NCBI GenBank assembly: GCA_963780185.1 | Contig: CAWABA010000006.1 | Location: 832,001 to 896,000 of the forward strand | DNA from: Candidatus Bathyarchaeota archaeon | GTDB lineage: Archaea > Thermoproteota > Bathyarchaeia > Bathyarchaeales > Bathycorpusculaceae | Direction: 5' to 3' | Length of the DNA stretch: 64,000 nucleotides | In this document: one piece after another, positions 19,193-29,977 of the stretch | How the letters are laid out: each line of letters begins with the position of its first letter | Numbering within the stretch: position 1 is the first letter of the stretch | Translations under genes and position numbers: made by a program | Notes under the pieces: generated by a model | Seen by the model: the letters and a program-made list of their open reading frames with translations, nothing else | What the model was told of the DNA's origin: nothing | Databases searched by the model: none

Positions 19193-20488
19193 TTAGTCTA
19201 GCTGGTAGGCTTCTTCGCCATGCTCACTCATGTCTAAGCCTGCGTCTTCCGCTTCCTCACTTACTCTCAGCGGCGAAAACACGTTCACCACCTTAAGCAA
19301 CGCGTACGAACCGAAGAACGCAAACGGCACCACTATACCAATCGCCACCAACTGAACCAGGAATTGATGTACGTTTCCAAAGATCAAGCCGCTTGCACCA
19401 TTTATTGCAGCCGACGCAAAGATTCCTGTTGCGATTGAACCCCAGATTCCTCCGATGCCGTGGCATGCGAAGACGTCTAATGCGTCGTCGATTCGGGATC
19501 TGCCTGCTCTCCAGTTAGCCACTGAGTTTGAGATGATGCCGCCGATTAAGCCAATGACTATAGCCGCGCCTACGCTGACATAGCCAGCTGCCGGCGTGAT
19601 TACGACGAGTCCAACAACCGCACCTGTCGCCATGCCTATTGCCGAAGGCTTCCCCTTCCTGAACCAATCTGCCAACATCCAGCTTACCGCTGCTGCGGCT
19701 GCCGCCAAGTTCGTCGTCACCAACGCCGAGACAGCAAGCCCGTTTGCAGCCAAAGCGCTACCTGCGTTGAAACCAAACCAGCCGAACCACAGCAACGCTG
19801 CACCTAACAACACGTAGGGGATGTTTGTCGGCTTAAACTCTGTTGCATGATCCTTTTGGTCTAAGGCTTTCATGTGGCTTTGCCATGGGACGGCACAGCC
19901 TTTTCGTCTTCCAACCACAAGCGCCGCCGCTAAAGCTGAGATGCCTGAGGAAATGTGTACAACTATGCCGCCTGCAAAGTCGATGGCGCCGAGGTTATGG
20001 AGCCAACCGTTCGGGTTCCAAACCCAGCAGGCAATGGGAGCGTAGATGAAGGTAGACCAGAGAACTATGAAGATAAGCAGTGACTTGAAACGTATTCTCT
20101 CAGCGCATGCGCCAACTATGAGTGCCGGCGTGATGGCTGCGAACTTTAGTTGGAACGCGAAGTACAGCAGTTCAGGGATGTTTGGGGCGAGTTTGGTGTT
20201 GATTGCATTTATGCCGAGTCCGTTCATGCCAAGAAGGCTTGGGCTGAAACCGATTATGCCGGTGCTTGAGGTCCCGAAAACAAGCATGTAGCCCCAGAGC
20301 GCCCAGACGATGCTTATGACCGCGAATATTATGAAGCATTGGGCGATGGTTGATACGAGGTTCTTTTTTCGTACTAGGCCGCCGTAGAAGAATCCTAAGG
20401 CGGGGGTCATCAGCATGACTAATGCTGTTGCGGTTATTACCCATGCGATGCTTCCTGGGTCTGAGACTCCAACAACTGACATATTCAT
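19193..20488 (-). CDS. amt: Ammonium transporter Amt, copy 2
   Basis: Same motifs as copy 1, both pore His retained. Confidence 0.95.
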   Translation of the reverse strand: MNMSVVGVSDPGSIAWVITATALVMLMTPALGFFYGGLVRKKNLVSTIAQCFIIFAVISIVWALWGYMLVFGTSSTGIIGFSPSLLGMNGLGINAINTKLAPNIPELLYFAFQLKFAAITPALIVGACAERIRFKSLLIFIVLWSTFIYAPIACWVWNPNGWLHNLGAIDFAGGIVVHISSGISALAAALVVGRRKGCAVPWQSHMKALDQKDHATEFKPTNIPYVLLGAALLWFGWFGFNAGSALAANGLAVSALVTTNLAAAAAAVSWMLADWFRKGKPSAIGMATGAVVGLVVITPAAGYVSVGAAIVIGLIGGIISNSVANWRAGRSRIDDALDVFACHGIGGIWGSIATGIFASAAINGASGLIFGNVHQFLVQLVAIGIVVPFAFFGSYALLKVVNVFSPLRVSEEAEDAGLDMSEHGEEAYQLD

Positions 20489-20845
20489 CCAATCCTTTTC
20501 GACATTTGTTTGCTTAGTTAATTTTTACCTTTACAGCTACACACAGTTATATTTAAAAGCTGTGCATATGAAACATGTTTTTGCCGTTAATTGTGCAATC
20601 GTTGATTAATCCCGTGGTTTCCATAGTGTTCATCCAATTTTTCAAGGATACAACGGCTTAGCCTAAAAAAACGTCCAAAATAAACGCCAAAATTGTAAGT
20701 TTGACAAGCATGGAAAACCCCGCCGATTCAGCTACTCTTACACAATATACAGGTTCAATTAAAAACAATCAAGTCAGCTTCAAAATAAAAAAGCAACGGT
20801 TTTCAGCCTTGCACAAAACACTTATTTAGTTTTTCAACCGCTTCT

Positions 20846-21772
20846 TTGCTTGAAAAGGCGCATCAAATGAAGCTTGGCTCATACACTTTCAAACCTGAAA
20901 AAGCAGAGGGCTTTGACTTTCACGTATTGCGCGTGAAAATTGAGACTGGAGCCAAACAACCTCCGCTTAGGAATATGTCCAGCAACGTCGCCGTCTTCGC
21001 CGATAACAGCGCCGTGGAAAAACACCCTGATTGGCTTTCTCAATCACCCACGGGACCAGCAAAGATGGGAAACAACACCCTCAACATTTGGTGGAACATA
21101 GTATGTGCTACTCAGCCGCAACACAGAGCAGAGACACTGGACTACATCGCCCAAGTAGATAGGCAATCACACGGTATATGGCTAACAAACCAATATTTTG
21201 CCAACCAAGGATACTGCACGTGCCCCAGATGCCAAGAACTGTGGAAAAAAAGCGGTTTAAGCTGGCTAGATTGGCGGCGCCGCGAAGTCACCGAATACGT
21301 CTCCCAAATCCGCGACCGAGTAAAGGGCGAGTTGGTTTTCTGCGTTCAGCCAGACCCTGTAAATTCTCTAGAGCGTTATGGAGTAGACTTCGATGACTTC
21401 GCCAAATACGCTGACAAATTCTGCGTCGTCATGTTCAGCAAAAACTACGCCACACCCTGGTACTTCGAAATGCTAACCCGCGCATTCAAGAAGCTGCTCA
21501 AAAAACCCTTCTACGTTGCCCTCTATGTTTATGGTCCAGGCGACAACCCAAAAGACGTGCCAACCACACAGGAGTTGCTTGTGACAAGCGTCCGCTGTGC
21601 ACGTTCAGGCGCAGATGGCTTGCTGTACTTGACGGAAGGCGCCAGCCAAATCCGAAACTTCCAAAAAGAAGCAGTCGCACAAACCCAACTAATAGAAAAG
21701 CTGAGGACATACGGCGGCCAACCCGTGCAGGAATTTCTGGACAGAGTCGAAGACTGGAAAAGCTTAATCTAG
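20846..21772 (+). CDS. Hypothetical protein, glycoside-hydrolase-like TIM barrel with CxCxxC
   Basis: VEKHPDW, GYCTCPRC, WLDWRRREVTEYV, YGVDFDDFAKYAD resemble GHL-type barrels. Confidence 0.55.
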   Translation: MLEKAHQMKLGSYTFKPEKAEGFDFHVLRVKIETGAKQPPLRNMSSNVAVFADNSAVEKHPDWLSQSPTGPAKMGNNTLNIWWNIVCATQPQHRAETLDYIAQVDRQSHGIWLTNQYFANQGYCTCPRCQELWKKSGLSWLDWRRREVTEYVSQIRDRVKGELVFCVQPDPVNSLERYGVDFDDFAKYADKFCVVMFSKNYATPWYFEMLTRAFKKLLKKPFYVALYVYGPGDNPKDVPTTQELLVTSVRCARSGADGLLYLTEGASQIRNFQKEAVAQTQLIEKLRTYGGQPVQEFLDRVEDWKSLI

Positions 21773-21804
21773 TTTTCCAAGTTTTTTCTCAAAAGAAAGG
21801 TAGG

Positions 21805-23292
21805 TTAGATAGGTTTTTGGTTTCTTCCGCCGCTTTTCATTCTTCGCATCAGAAACACAAAGACAACGACAAAGCCTGCAATAACCGCCATTAGCACAGC
21901 AATTATCGCCAAAAGCATCGTTTGATCCAGCGCGACTGTGGTTTTTTGGCGTTGGGCGTTGGATGCGGCTGGTGTTGCTGATGTTGTTGGTTGGCTTGGC
22001 TGCGTTGTTTCCTGCTGGGTTGGGGTTGCGGTTGGCGTTCCAGTTGAATTCTGCGCAGGCGAGGGTGAGGTTGTAGCCGACAAGGTGGGTGGGGATGCGT
22101 TTTGGTTGGGCAGTGCTTCTGGATTTGGAGTTGTTAAGAATGGGTTGAAGTTGATGGTTCCCAATGTGAAGTCTTCTTTGTAATCGTACATTGTTTGGCT
22201 GATTGCGTTTTGGTCTGTTGTTCCCCACCAATTATTAGGCAAGTTAACTTGAGCTGATGCCTTGTTGACGAGTTTGACACTCAGCGTGTTGCCGTATATG
22301 TTGTTGTTCTGTATTGTTGAGGCATAGGGGGTTCCTATCTGGATTCCAACGGAATTATTGGTAACCGTGTTGTTTTCTATGACAGCTTGATTGTTGTTGG
22401 CGTTTTGAAAGTTAACGGTGATTCCCGTAGAGTTGTTGCTTACTAAATTGCGTTCGATCAAAGTTGACACTGGGCAACTATAGGTGTCAGCCACCGTTAA
22501 GCCTCCTGAGATCGTGTTGTCTGTTACGGTGCCGCTTCCCGCTTCAACGTAGAGGCCGCCCGTAATGATGTTGTTGGAAACTGCAGGTGACAGTTGGCTT
22601 GACGCCAGAGGAGTTTCACCGCCGCCGACAAGACCCCGGACCAAATCTATTCCGTCGATTAGGTTCAGCCCGCAAGCAATATTGTTATCAAAGACTATTG
22701 GTGAACCGCCCAGAAGGGTGAAGCTACCAACCTGCAGAAAATCGCAGTCTCTAATCATGGCTCCGTTTGCCACCTCAAAATCTGTTTGGTTAACAATTGC
22801 ATCTTCCACGATTGACCCTGAATTTGTGTTTTGATTCCATCCTTGACTGCTTGAATCGAACCTCACGGTTGAGGTCGATGCGAAAGGAGTTGGAAATTCA
22901 TGCCATTGTGCTGCGCCATTAAAGTGAATCGGGTTGTCGCTTGTGCCTACCGCAGACAGAACCCCGTTGACATCGATTGCGTCGCCTATTATGCCCATGT
23001 TTATGGCGGCGCCCGGCTGAATTATTACCGTGCCGTTGACCAATAGGTAGAAGCTGCCGAGGTTAACGGTTGCGTCTGTGCCGATTGTCAAAGTGACTCC
23101 TGGATTAACCAATACGTTTCCCGTGAAGTCGTAGGGGCTGCCTGCCTGCGTCCACGTTGTGTTCTGGCTGATTATGTAGCTTACGTTGGTTCCGCCCTGC
23201 GCTTTGCCAAGATGCAAAGAACCCACATAGATGAGTGACGACAAAATCAAAAATGCCAAAAAAAGGGTTTCACTTAGTCGGCGACTGTTCAT
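21805..23292 (-). CDS. Right-handed beta-helix surface protein with Pro/Thr linker and C-terminal TM
   Basis: NTTWTQAGSPY, Asn-rich repeats, NNWWGTTD. Confidence 0.85.
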   Translation of the reverse strand: MNSRRLSETLFLAFLILSSLIYVGSLHLGKAQGGTNVSYIISQNTTWTQAGSPYDFTGNVLVNPGVTLTIGTDATVNLGSFYLLVNGTVIIQPGAAINMGIIGDAIDVNGVLSAVGTSDNPIHFNGAAQWHEFPTPFASTSTVRFDSSSQGWNQNTNSGSIVEDAIVNQTDFEVANGAMIRDCDFLQVGSFTLLGGSPIVFDNNIACGLNLIDGIDLVRGLVGGGETPLASSQLSPAVSNNIITGGLYVEAGSGTVTDNTISGGLTVADTYSCPVSTLIERNLVSNNSTGITVNFQNANNNQAVIENNTVTNNSVGIQIGTPYASTIQNNNIYGNTLSVKLVNKASAQVNLPNNWWGTTDQNAISQTMYDYKEDFTLGTINFNPFLTTPNPEALPNQNASPPTLSATTSPSPAQNSTGTPTATPTQQETTQPSQPTTSATPAASNAQRQKTTVALDQTMLLAIIAVLMAVIAGFVVVFVFLMRRMKSGGRNQKPI

Positions 23293-23439
23293 TTCACTTA
23301 CCTTCTAAACGCTTGTTGATTTGTTTCTCTTAATAGCGTTTCCGTCAAAGTTTCTTGACTAACCCAAGTCAAAATTCCTTGACCTCAAAACAAGAAAAAT
23401 GAACAGTACAAAGATGAAGAAGGTTGGTTTCTTCTTGGT

Positions 23440-24006
23440 TTATTCTTGGGGTTTGTTGTTTTCTGGCGGGATGAAGACGGCTGCTGCGACGGTGGTTGTC
23501 CACAAGCCATTCTTGTCGCCTGCTGCGCTCTGGGTTATGTTTGCGGTTTTGATGATGAGCCCGGTGGTTTTGAAGAGTTGTTTGCGTTCGTCCCATGCTG
23601 TTTCAGGGTCGAATTGGATGCCCATGGTTGTTGCAAGCATCGTGGCTGCGAGGTCTTCTGCGTAGTCGCCGGCGATTTCGTCGGTTTGCCCAAACGTGTG
23701 GTGCTCTGAGAGGTAGCCGTACTGGTTTTTGCCTGAGGGGATGGCGACGCCGATGGATGATGCGACGAGGCGGTGGGGTTCGTTGGTGGAGTTGCGTGCG
23801 ATGACGACAAAAGTGATTTCGCCTGGGCTTAGCATTTTTAAGCCTTTTTCGCGGGGTAGCTGTTCACATCCGGGCGGGACGATGCTGGATACGCTGACGA
23901 GGTTGCACATTTGTATGCCTGCGTCTCTGAGGGCTAATTCGAATGATTGGAGTTGCTCTTTGTGTTTGCCGACTCCCTTTGTGAAAAAGAATGCCTTGGG
24001 TATCAT
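23440..24006 (-). CDS. pdaD: Pyruvoyl-dependent arginine decarboxylase
   Basis: [22 protein letters not shown] self-cleavage site, YGYLSEHH. Confidence 0.93.
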   Translation of the reverse strand: MIPKAFFFTKGVGKHKEQLQSFELALRDAGIQMCNLVSVSSIVPPGCEQLPREKGLKMLSPGEITFVVIARNSTNEPHRLVASSIGVAIPSGKNQYGYLSEHHTFGQTDEIAGDYAEDLAATMLATTMGIQFDPETAWDERKQLFKTTGLIIKTANITQSAAGDKNGLWTTTVAAAVFIPPENNKPQE

Positions 24007-24212
24007 TTGGATTCGGAAAGAATGATAACAGCATGTGTTTAAAAAGTTTTTTATCCCAAAGACCTCAAGTCACATCGTGCTGGGAACTTAATCGGGAAAA
24101 AAGAAGCACACTTCCCAAAAATTCTTAGACACGTCTATTTGGTTCTTCTAGATGCGGCTATTTGGATCATCTAGTAAACCGAGGGGGTAGGCTGAGAGAG
24201 AAAGAAAGAGAG

Positions 24213-24335
24213 CGACCGAGGGAGGGTACCCCATTTTTACATCAAAATTTCAACGTAAATATGGGTAGCGAAGACAGAGGGAGGGGAATGATATTTGCGG
24301 TTGAAAACCAGCACAAAAACAGCCTTGAAAACGCG
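24213..24335 (+). repeat. Structured intergenic repeat, copy A
   Basis: Matches reverse complement of 45547-45668; 41 of 46 nt identical from GGAGGGTACC, weaker beyond. Confidence 0.85.
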
Positions 24336-24341
24336 AACCCG

Positions 24342-25343
24342 TTACTTTACGTTGCCGACACGCATTTTTTCAACTTCAACTTCGCTAGGCACCGCAACGG
24401 TCACGGATTTGTCGAGGATTTCTCTGCCGAAGGTAACTTTGACCTCGCCTGTTTTGGCGTCGGAGTAGTAAGCGGTTAGTTTGGCGGCGGTTTCTACGGC
24501 TTTTTTGGTTTTTGGTCCCTGCAGAATCGTTGTTGGACCCACGATTTCGGGCAATTCAAAGCGGTATTCGCTTGGTGTTTTTCTGGCGACTAAGAGTTTG
24601 TTTTCAGCTTCGTTTCTTCCGACAACGATTTTGTTTTTGCCTGCCCTGAAATGCCTGCCAACACGTAGCAAAGCGATGTCAGACATCGAAACGTGTTTTT
24701 TGTGGTTGAAGAGGTCGCGGATTTTTTTGGCGTATTCCTCGCAGGTCAGAAGACAACCGCCCGCGGGACAAGGATAATCCTTAATGCTGTATTCCTTTGC
24801 CAGCTTGAACTGGGGCTTTCTTGACCTTCCCTGAATATCCATCAGTTTAGAGCGGTCAACCAAACCTTTCCGTTCAGCTTCCGTTTCAGGCAGCAACCTG
24901 GCGGACAGGGGCCTTAGAACTTTACCTTTCAAACCGCCTTCCTTTTCAATAAGCATCATTGCTGGGTAATGCTGAGACATAGGCCGCTCATCCAAAACTT
25001 CGCCTGTAAAAATGAAAGCTGCACCCATCTCCTTCGCGTACTTCTTGGCTTTTTTCATGAGGAAAATTCTGCAGTCAATGCAGGGATTCATGTTTCTGCC
25101 GTAGCCGTGCTTGGGGTTGCGAAGCATCCGTAAGTAATCGTTTCCAGCGGCAACAACTTTCAGAGGCACGTTTAGCTGTTTAGCTGCGTCTACTGCGGCG
25201 CACCCGTCTTTTTTGCAGAGGCAGAAGGGGCTTCTGACGTTGAAGGCGGTGACTTCGATGCCTTGTTTCTGAATCATTTCTGTGGCAAGAATGCTGTCTA
25301 ATCCACCTGAAAGTAAACCTAAAGCCTTAACGCGCGGAGTCAT
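24342..25343 (-). CDS. PP-loop tRNA sulfurtransferase-like protein (ThiI/MnmA-related, no THUMP, C-terminal DUF814/NFACT-R-like domain)
   Basis: SGGLDS, NPCIDCR, TGEVL..RPMSQ, PAGGCLLT, GRHFR, VGRNEAEN. Confidence 0.8.
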   Translation of the reverse strand: MTPRVKALGLLSGGLDSILATEMIQKQGIEVTAFNVRSPFCLCKKDGCAAVDAAKQLNVPLKVVAAGNDYLRMLRNPKHGYGRNMNPCIDCRIFLMKKAKKYAKEMGAAFIFTGEVLDERPMSQHYPAMMLIEKEGGLKGKVLRPLSARLLPETEAERKGLVDRSKLMDIQGRSRKPQFKLAKEYSIKDYPCPAGGCLLTCEEYAKKIRDLFNHKKHVSMSDIALLRVGRHFRAGKNKIVVGRNEAENKLLVARKTPSEYRFELPEIVGPTTILQGPKTKKAVETAAKLTAYYSDAKTGEVKVTFGREILDKSVTVAVPSEVEVEKMRVGNVK

Positions 25344-25488
25344 TTGCCAATAGATTCTTTGGCTTAGATAATAATTTAGCGATGCGTTAGACAGGAAAAC
25401 CCAGCCAAAAAGACCTTTTTCCTTCTACCTGCCGCTTAGTAGCCATTTTTTTCAGAATAATTTAAAAACCTAAAAGAAGATAAAACAT

Positions 25489-26631
25489 TTGGGTTTATGC
25501 CGAGCGACCGTGTGGACTATCTTGGACGTCAGTATCTTCATTCCTGTTTACAGAGAATCGAATCAAATAGGGGGCATGCTGAAAGAGCTTGTTTCTCAAA
25601 ACGTCAGCAAAGAAATCTTTGTAACCGTTGATGAGCCCACTGACGAGTTCTCAGAAGAAATAAAGCAGTTCCAGAACGAGCAAATCAAATTCTTCATCAA
25701 CAAGGAGCGAATTGGAAAAGCAAACGCGTTAAATGAAGCTGCAAAGTTGGCTTCGGGTAAAGTGCTTCTTTTCTTAGACGCCGACGTCCAAGTAACCAGT
25801 GACCCTGACTTTTTGAAGAAAATCATCATGGAAATGCAAATGACCGATGTGCTTGACATCAAAAAAGAAGTGTCAAAAGGCAAATCGTTCCTCTCCCGAA
25901 TGGCTTACTACGAATACTTCACCTTCAACGTCAGCGCATGGCTATCCTCAAAATACATGAACAAATGCCCATGCGTAAACGGCGCCGCCTTCGCCATTAA
26001 ACGGGAAACATTCGAGAAAGTCGGCGGCTTCCACAAAGTTGTCGCTGAAGACATCGACCTTGCAACCCGAGTTTTCCTGCAAGACGGCCGCTTCGCTTAC
26101 ACCACCGACGTAGAAGTCAAAAACGTCGTTTACAGCGACTGGACCAGATGGTTTAAGCAACGTCGAAGATGGGCAATAGGTCAAGGTCTATGGACAGTGG
26201 ACTGGTACCGCGACCTAACAAAAAAATTCGTCAAAAAACCCCAGGTTTTTCTGCCCAGCCTCTTCTTCTTGTACCCGACTATCGTCATTTTCTTAGTTAG
26301 CGCGTTAACGCCGAGCGGCTGGATGTACAATTCCATGCTGTTTTTTTCGCTGTTTCTATCAATGAAGTTTAACATCATGCTGCCGGTTTTCCTTGTTTCC
26401 CTCGCGACAGCAAACGTGCTGAAAATACTGATTATTATGTTGTCGGGTTTCGCTTTGACAGCCGCCACATTCTACGGTTTGTCCAGGAAAATCGGGTTCA
26501 AAGAAATGAAGCTGCATGAACTGTTCGCATACTACTTTTTCTACTCAAACCTTTACATAGCGATACAGGTTATCGGCTTCTTCCAAGTGATTGCCCTACG
26601 CAAAAAATCTGGACCAGGCTGGAAAACATAA
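25489..26631 (+). CDS. Family 2 glycosyltransferase with C-terminal TM segments
   Basis: IPVYRE, GKANALN, FLDAD, AEDID, QRRRW. Confidence 0.9.
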   Translation: MGLCRATVWTILDVSIFIPVYRESNQIGGMLKELVSQNVSKEIFVTVDEPTDEFSEEIKQFQNEQIKFFINKERIGKANALNEAAKLASGKVLLFLDADVQVTSDPDFLKKIIMEMQMTDVLDIKKEVSKGKSFLSRMAYYEYFTFNVSAWLSSKYMNKCPCVNGAAFAIKRETFEKVGGFHKVVAEDIDLATRVFLQDGRFAYTTDVEVKNVVYSDWTRWFKQRRRWAIGQGLWTVDWYRDLTKKFVKKPQVFLPSLFFLYPTIVIFLVSALTPSGWMYNSMLFFSLFLSMKFNIMLPVFLVSLATANVLKILIIMLSGFALTAATFYGLSRKIGFKEMKLHELFAYYFFYSNLYIAIQVIGFFQVIALRKKSGPGWKT

Positions 26632-26656
26632 AGTCCCGTCGATAACATAGCCGATT

Positions 26657-27529
26657 TTAGGAGCCGAGAAGTTTACCCAGCTTTTCAAAGTTATCAAACA
26701 TGACGCAGTGACCTGCCCCCTCAAAAATCTCCAGTTGCGACCCCAAAACGCTTTTCGCAATCAAACCTGCATTGGCAACTCGGCAAGTCATGTCTTCAGA
26801 ACCGTGCCAAATAACCAGTTTGCCCGCGGGAATGCGTGAAAACGAAACAGGCCAAGGCTTCATGAAAGCCTGATGCTCCATAAGCACTGCTTTGGCGCCG
26901 TCGCCTTGACGGAACGCTTCAGCCATGGATTGGTACATCAGCGTCATCCATGAGGGGTTGGAAAAAAACTTTAGGTCGCTTTTGGAGCAGGCGTGAAGCA
27001 TCTGTTTTCCCTGTCTTGACCTCAAGAAAGCGGGGATGTCGCCGTTGGCTTTGAGCACTTGGTTGCTCATTCTTTTCATCGCGAAGAGTCCGAGAAAAGG
27101 AATTTTCATGACGTAACGGGCAAAAGGCATGTTGTGCGCGGTGGAAACGTCGAAAGGCAACGCTGGCGCTCCCGCAATCACCGCTCGGGTTACACGCTCT
27201 GGGCAGCAGGCTAAGTATGCAAGGGCAAAAGCGCCTCCGCCAGACCATCCTAAAACCCCAAACCGCTCGACGCCTAAACGGTCAATTAAGGAATTGACAT
27301 CTGAATTGAAATCTTGAAGATTTTTTCTTGGATTGAAGGTTGACAATCCGTAGCCTGGTCTGTCTATGCCGATTATTTGCAGCCCAGCGGAGTTTGCGAG
27401 CTCCCTTAAAAGCAGAACTTCTAGGCGGCTGCTTGCGGTTCCGTGAAAGTAAACGATCGGTTTGCCTTCGCCCACAGTGCAGTAGCCAAGTCGGCGACCA
27501 TCGGGCAAAACAACGATTTGTTGGTCCAA
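26657..27529 (-). CDS. Alpha/beta hydrolase
   Basis: HGT oxyanion motif, DRPGYGLS, GWSGG nucleophile elbow, HGSED, GAGH. Confidence 0.92.
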   Translation of the reverse strand: MDQQIVVLPDGRRLGYCTVGEGKPIVYFHGTASSRLEVLLLRELANSAGLQIIGIDRPGYGLSTFNPRKNLQDFNSDVNSLIDRLGVERFGVLGWSGGGAFALAYLACCPERVTRAVIAGAPALPFDVSTAHNMPFARYVMKIPFLGLFAMKRMSNQVLKANGDIPAFLRSRQGKQMLHACSKSDLKFFSNPSWMTLMYQSMAEAFRQGDGAKAVLMEHQAFMKPWPVSFSRIPAGKLVIWHGSEDMTCRVANAGLIAKSVLGSQLEIFEGAGHCVMFDNFEKLGKLLGS

Positions 27530-27553
27530 TTCAAAGCCTCCTTAGAGTCGCCG

Positions 27554-28304
27554 TCATGCGTTTGCCTTCTTTAGCACTGCATAGGAACCGAAGAAGAATG
27601 CTACGCCGAAGCCGAACGAGAGCCGCAAGTGAAAACCATGGAAACGCTTGGTTCAAAGCTGCTGCACGCAGGCACTGGCTTGAATGGGTTAGCGGCAGGA
27701 AGTAAAGCGCGATTTTGACGCCTTCAGGAACCTGTGTCAGGGAAAAGAAGGTGCCGCAAAGAAATGTCATCGGTAGATTCACCAAGTTATTGAATGTGCT
27801 CATGTGTACATGGTTGTTAAACATTGAGGCAACCATCACGCCGAAGAGGGAGAAAACGAAGCAGGACAAAAGCAGCGTAAAAACAAAAACTGGGTTGACC
27901 ACTAAAGTCGGCGAAAGAACAAGCCCCAAGATGAGTATAGCCACAGAGCTGATTAAGCCTCGAACAATGCCGATAAGCGCTTTGCCCACGACAATGGAGT
28001 ACAAGTTGATCGGCGAAATCAAGAATTCGTCGAAGCTTCGGTAAAAGAGGCGGTCGATTTGAAGTTTTGAACCGGCGCCGTTGAAGCTGGATGAAAAAGC
28101 CGTAAGCGACACGATGCCTGGGATGACGAATGCAAGGTAGCTGACGCCGTCGACGGTGACGCCTCTGCCTAATCCGTAGCCGAAAGCCAGCAGGTAGAGG
28201 ACGGGTTGGATGAGGCTTGTAGCTACTGTTGACCGCCAGTGATGGCTCAGGTTTCGCAGGTCAACCCAGAGAATGGAGTAAATATCTTTCAGCGGCTCAA
28301 ACAT
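27554..28304 (-). CDS. ABC-2 type exporter permease, frameshift near 27615
   Basis: YLAFVIPG, PMTFLCGTFF, LPLTH; last helix LVGFGVAFFFGSYAVLKKANA is in an adjacent frame. Confidence 0.85.
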
Positions 28305-29163
28305 CTGTGTTGTCAACCTTCTCGCCTGTTTGCTCCACAAAAACATCCTCCAGGTTGGAGTCGCGGATAACGGTTCTGACGTTGGCTGGCTGCTTCTCAA
28401 CGTACCTTGCCGCTTCAGTGTGGTCATTGAAAAACTGGTAACGCGTCTGCTTGTTGTCAACCATTAGCTCGACGGCGACTGGTCCCAGCTTCCTGCGCAG
28501 TTCAGGCGGCGTGCCTAAGGCAATTAATTTGCCGTGATGCATGATGCCGACGCGTCCGCACAGCGCTTCAGCTTCCTCAATGTAGTGGGTAGTCAAAAAA
28601 ATCGTGGCGCCCTCCGCGTTGAGCCGACGCACAAGGTCCCACAGGCGACGCCGAGCCTGAGCATCCAACCCCTCCGTCGGTTCATCTAGAAACAGCACTT
28701 TAGGTTCATGCAGAAGGCTGCACACAATGGCTGCCCGCTTCTTCATACCGCCAGAGAGCGTGTCAACCATTTTGTCAGCGTATTCTCGGAGTTCGACGTA
28801 GTCAAGCAACTCGGCTATCCGCTGCTTCCGCTCTGCGGAGCCAAGCCGATGAAGCCGCCCGTGAAACTCCATATTTTCCCGCACCGTCAAATCGCGGTCC
28901 AACGTTAAATGCTGCTGCACAACGCCGATGAGACGCTTCACCTTATCAGGCTCTTTCGCGACATCAAAGCCTCCAACCCAAGCGGAACCAGAAGTGGGAC
29001 GGGTCAAAGTTGTGAGGACACGGATGGTTGTGGTTTTCCCTGCTCCGTTGGGTCCCAAAAAACCGAAAATCTCCTTAGGCTGCACCTGCAAATAGAGGTC
29101 TTTGACGGCTTCCAAAGTTCCATATTTTTTGCTCAGTTTCTCAGTCGATATCGAGTTTTCCGT
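28297..29163 (-). CDS. ABC transporter ATP-binding protein
   Basis: GPNGAGKTT, LSGGM, LFLDEPT, LTTH; first strand ISTEKLSKKYG lies upstream of ORF-track start, so start placed tentatively at ACG 29163. Confidence 0.92.
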   Translation of the reverse strand, partial: TENSISTEKLSKKYGTLEAVKDLYLQVQPKEIFGFLGPNGAGKTTTIRVLTTLTRPTSGSAWVGGFDVAKEPDKVKRLIGVVQQHLTLDRDLTVRENMEFHGRLHRLGSAERKQRIAELLDYVELREYADKMVDTLSGGMKKRAAIVCSLLHEPKVLFLDEPTEGLDAQARRRLWDLVRRLNAEGATIFLTTHYIEEAEALCGRVGIMHHGKLIALGTPPELRRKLGPVAVELMVDNKQTRYQFFNDHTEAARYVEKQPANVRTVIRDSNLEDVFVEQTGEKVDNTDV

Positions 29164-29182
29164 CGAAAGCCCCTCTTTTCTG

Positions 29183-29893
29183 TCATTGTTTTTCCATTGC
29201 TTTTACTTTGAGTTCTTTAGGCATAAGCTCGATGGCATAACGTAAAGCGGTGCGCGGCATCACAGACTTGTTCTTAACAACGTAATCGAAAACTTCCCTC
29301 TGATGCGTTCTGCTCTCCTCTTTAAGCAACCACCCGTAACCCTTCTGAACCATCTCATCCCCGTCCGTTAAAAGCACGTCACAGATTTCGAGGGCGTCCT
29401 GCAGAAAATCGCCCTTCTTCGCTGGAACGATGAGTGAAACCGCCGAAGCACGCCTGAGCCAGCGGTTCTTGCTTTTAGCCCAAGTTTTCACTTCGCCAAG
29501 GATCTGGGGGTACTTTTGGATTAGGTCGCCGATGGTGTGGTTGCAGAAGCCGTCGCATTTAGCCCAATTGTTGATGTAGCATTCAATCCATGTTTTGAAA
29601 GTTGCCAAGTCGCCTGGCTCAAGATTGTCCACGTAGTTGGGCAACCAATTAGAAACCACGAATGCTTCTTCCGTGTAATCCGAACGGTAAAGCTCTTCGC
29701 ACAGCCCAAAAATGGCTTGCTTGTCGAGGGTTTTCACTTGTTTCCAGTAATTCATGGCTATTTTGCCGACAGTCGGGGTTTTAACGCCGTAGTATTTTAC
29801 TTGTTCCTTGAAGAAGCGTTGGAAGGTTTTCTGCGTCTGCGGGTCGGCGTTGGCTGCCAAGTCTTTTCTTAGTTGGGCAAGGATAATGCTCAT
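29183..29893 (-). CDS. DNA alkylation repair protein (AlkD-like HEAT repeat)
   Basis: YGVKTP, INNWAKCD, NRWLRRAS, MVQKGYGWLLKE, MPRTALRYAIE. Confidence 0.9.
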   Translation of the reverse strand: MSIILAQLRKDLAANADPQTQKTFQRFFKEQVKYYGVKTPTVGKIAMNYWKQVKTLDKQAIFGLCEELYRSDYTEEAFVVSNWLPNYVDNLEPGDLATFKTWIECYINNWAKCDGFCNHTIGDLIQKYPQILGEVKTWAKSKNRWLRRASAVSLIVPAKKGDFLQDALEICDVLLTDGDEMVQKGYGWLLKEESRTHQREVFDYVVKNKSVMPRTALRYAIELMPKELKVKAMEKQ

Positions 29894-29977
29894 GTGTGAT
29901 AAAGCGTTTTTTGGTGAATAATAGCTTTTCCTGAAAAAAACAAATTAAACTTCAAAGCAAAAAGTGGAGAGGAAGAG

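Noticed and set aside
24162-24479. 105-aa ORF over repeat copy A
   Set aside because: Overlaps the antisense 3' end of a real gene and is not in a frame shared with copy B's ORF
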